A stretch of 64,000 nt of DNA from Gemmatimonadota bacterium (GTDB lineage: Bacteria > Latescibacterota > UBA2968 > UBA8231): the NCBI GenBank assembly GCA_038153405.1, contig JAYOYH010000011.1, positions 47,560 to 111,559 on the forward strand. The letters are read 5' to 3'. Of the stretch, positions 61,692 through 64,000 are shown piece by piece (position 1 is the first letter of the stretch; every line of letters starts with the position of its first letter). The notes under the pieces were generated by a model, which was not told the origin of the DNA, searched no databases, and saw nothing but the letters and a program-made list of their open reading frames with translations. A program made the translations under genes and the position numbers.

Positions 61692-61846
61692 GCGGAGATT
61701 TTCTTACATTAGCAGCGCAAATGCGCCAGTGACGCTCCACCCTCTCCCCCCTCAATCTGGCGCAATATCTCCCCGGTAGTGCCGTAAGCGCGTTCCCATG
61801 TGTCCATCGTCGACGTTCTGTCTCCCTGCGGAATACGTCGACTTTT
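61692..61846 (+). ncRNA. Candidate sRNA or structured leader with CU-rich loops
   Basis: Two hairpins with UCUCCC-containing loops; the second is followed by TTTT. Confidence 0.35.
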
Positions 61847-61875
61847 CCAGCTCAAATATACCTCCTATGGAAGCA

Positions 61876-63705
61876 ATGGCCCTCACTTCGACAAACGGCA
61901 AGGCCGCCAAAAACGGCGCCGTCCATTACGACGAATCCAAGATCAAAACGCTCTCTTCGCTAGAGCATATCCGCCTGCGCACCGGCATGTATATAGGCCG
62001 CCTCGGTTCGGGCGCCGACCCAGATGATGGCATTTATATCCTGCTTAAAGAAGTAGTCGACAACGCCATCGATGAGTTTATCATGGGACACGGCAAGCAG
62101 ATCGACGTGTCCATAGAAGACGCCACGGTGCGCATACGCGACTACGGGCGCGGCATTCCCCTCGGCAAGATCGTCGAGTGCGTATCCGTCATTAATACGG
62201 GCGCCAAATACAACGACGACGTCTTCCAATTCAGCGTCGGCCTAAACGGCGTCGGCACCAAAGCCGTCAACGCGCTGTCCTCGCATTTTCTCGTCAAGGC
62301 TTTCCGCGGCGGCCAGTATGCCGAAGCCGTCTTCTCGCGCGGCGCGCTCGTTTCGCACACGAAAAAGGGCAAGACCGACGAAGCCGATGGCACGTTTGTC
62401 GAATTCTGCCCCGACGAGGAAATATTTGGCGAATACGAGTTCAACTACGAGTTTGTCGAACGCCGCATGTGGAATTACGCCTATCTGAACAGCGGCCTAC
62501 GCCTCGCGTTTAACGGCCAGAAATTTGACTCCAAGCACGGCCTACTCGACCTGCTCAAAAGCGAAGTGGGCGACGGCACCGTATACGAACCAGCTCACTA
62601 CACATCCCAGTACATTGAGTTCGCCCTCACGCACGTGCAGGGATACGGCGAGTCCTACCGCTCGTTTGTCAACGGCCAGCACACTAGCGATGGAGGCACC
62701 CACCAGAGCGCCTTTCGCGAGGGCGTATTTAAGGGCGTCAACGAGTTCTATAAGAAGAGCTTCAACAGCATCGACGTGCGCGATGGCACCTTTGCGGCCG
62801 TGGCCGTCAAGGTCAAGGACCCGGTCTTCGAATCGCAGACCAAGAACAAACTCGGCAATACCGACGTGCGCGGTTGGATCGTCAACGAGACGAAAGAAGC
62901 AGTCGTCGATTTTCTATTCAAAAATCAGGAGGCCGCCAAGCTCCTCGAACAGCGCATCGTCTACAATGAGAAATTGCGCAAAGAGCTCAACGCCGTTAAG
63001 AAAGAGGCCAAAGAAGCGGCGCGACGCATCGAGATAAAAATCCCCAAGCTCAAGGACTGCAAGTTCCACCTCGGCGATAAAAAGCGCGGCGAGGAATCTA
63101 CGGTATTCATCACCGAAGGCGTATCTGCTGCCGGGTCTATCGTCTCGTCGCGAAACCCCGAAACACAGGCCATCTTCACTCTCAAGGGCAAACCGCAAAA
63201 CCTCTTTGGCAGGAGCCGCGCCGACATCTACAAGAACGAAGAGCTATACAATATGATGATGGCTCTGGGCATCGAAGAGGACATGGACAACCTGCGCTAC
63301 AACAAAGTGGTCATCGCCACCGATGCCGACGTAGATGGGTTTCACATCCGCAATCTGCTGATGACCTTTTTTCTCACGTACTTTGAAGATCTGGTTACGC
63401 GCGGGCATTTATACATCCTAGAAACGCCGCTCTTCCGCGTGCGCGACAAGCAACAGACCATCTACTGCTACAGCGAACGAGAGCGCGACCGCGCCATAAA
63501 GAAATTGAAGAATAGCGCTGAAATCACTCGCTTCAAAGGACTCGGCGAAATCTCACCTAAGGAGTTTGGGCAGTTTATCAACGGCGATATGCGCCTGGTC
63601 AAGGTCAGCGTGCGCACCATCGCCGCCGTACCCGAAACGCTGTCTTTCTTTATGGGTAAGAATACGCCCGAGCGCCGCGATTTTATCATGGAGCACCTCG
63701 TCTAA
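61876..63705 (+). CDS. parE: Type IIA topoisomerase B subunit (topoisomerase IV-like)
   Basis: HIRLRTGMYIG, EVVDNAIDE, DYGRGIP, GLNGVG, TDADVDG, RFKGLGE. Confidence 0.88.
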   Translation: MALTSTNGKAAKNGAVHYDESKIKTLSSLEHIRLRTGMYIGRLGSGADPDDGIYILLKEVVDNAIDEFIMGHGKQIDVSIEDATVRIRDYGRGIPLGKIVECVSVINTGAKYNDDVFQFSVGLNGVGTKAVNALSSHFLVKAFRGGQYAEAVFSRGALVSHTKKGKTDEADGTFVEFCPDEEIFGEYEFNYEFVERRMWNYAYLNSGLRLAFNGQKFDSKHGLLDLLKSEVGDGTVYEPAHYTSQYIEFALTHVQGYGESYRSFVNGQHTSDGGTHQSAFREGVFKGVNEFYKKSFNSIDVRDGTFAAVAVKVKDPVFESQTKNKLGNTDVRGWIVNETKEAVVDFLFKNQEAAKLLEQRIVYNEKLRKELNAVKKEAKEAARRIEIKIPKLKDCKFHLGDKKRGEESTVFITEGVSAAGSIVSSRNPETQAIFTLKGKPQNLFGRSRADIYKNEELYNMMMALGIEEDMDNLRYNKVVIATDADVDGFHIRNLLMTFFLTYFEDLVTRGHLYILETPLFRVRDKQQTIYCYSERERDRAIKKLKNSAEITRFKGLGEISPKEFGQFINGDMRLVKVSVRTIAAVPETLSFFMGKNTPERRDFIMEHLV

Positions 63706-64000
63706 TGGCCTACGTCGATTCCCTCTACAACGAGTACTTCATCGAGTACGCCTCCTACTATATCAAAGAGCGCGCCATACCCTATCTGGAAGACGGGCTC
63801 AAACCCGTGCAGCGGCGCATCCTGCACTCGCTGCACGAACTGGATGACGGCAAGTTTCACAAGGTAGCCAATATCGTCGGTCATACCATGAAGTACCACC
63901 CCCACGGCGACCAGTCGATCAACGGCGCGCTCGTCGTGCTGGCCAACAAAGACCTCTTTATCGACAAACAGGGCAACTTCGGCAATATCTACACCGGCGA
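63705..64000 (+). CDS. parC: Type IIA topoisomerase A subunit, N-terminal part (absent from ORF track)
   Basis: Manual translation MAYVDSLY...ERAIPYLEDGLKPVQRRIL...KYHPHGD; TAATG overlap. Confidence 0.88.
   Translation, partial: MAYVDSLYNEYFIEYASYYIKERAIPYLEDGLKPVQRRILHSLHELDDGKFHKVANIVGHTMKYHPHGDQSINGALVVLANKDLFIDKQGNFGNIYTG

Noticed and set aside
1..64000. CRISPR array, prophage, IS element, tRNA or rRNA
   Set aside because: No spaced direct repeats, mobility genes or RNA gene signatures noticed; intergenic gaps are short

Overview
GC-rich (roughly 60%, judged by eye) bacterial core chromosome with about 55 CDS. I saw no rRNA, tRNA, CRISPR array, integrase or transposase. Content includes map, dnaE, wecB, a hybrid histidine kinase, a TetR-RND efflux operon, MATE, an incomplete molybdo-flavoenzyme cluster, dut, polysaccharide export genes with rfbB, argC, murD, murB, cysH, a tandem ABC exporter pair with DUF1854, glcF, a GS-like catabolic cluster, xylA, nadA, pyk, dapL, glnS, gltX, a DEAD-box helicase, slyD, cutC and parE/parC. 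The best signals lie outside the ORF track. (1) glnS is preceded by an apparently complete ribosome-dependent attenuator: promoter, 19-aa leader MPIRQQQRQQKRLPIPVGG, alternative 1:2, 2:3 and 3:4 helices, and an intrinsic terminator. The GlnRS it controls has TIGN in place of the HIGH motif. (2) A DUF5069-like gene has an in-frame UGA at the expected Cys position followed by a SECIS-like hairpin, making it a candidate selenoprotein. (3) A stand-alone sigma70 region-4-like protein follows a sigma54 promoter, with three TGCA-N5-TGCA sites nearby. (4) An RHH protein is coupled to nadA. (5) A candidate sRNA with CU-rich loops lies upstream of parE. All family assignments come from motif recognition by eye; no searches were run.
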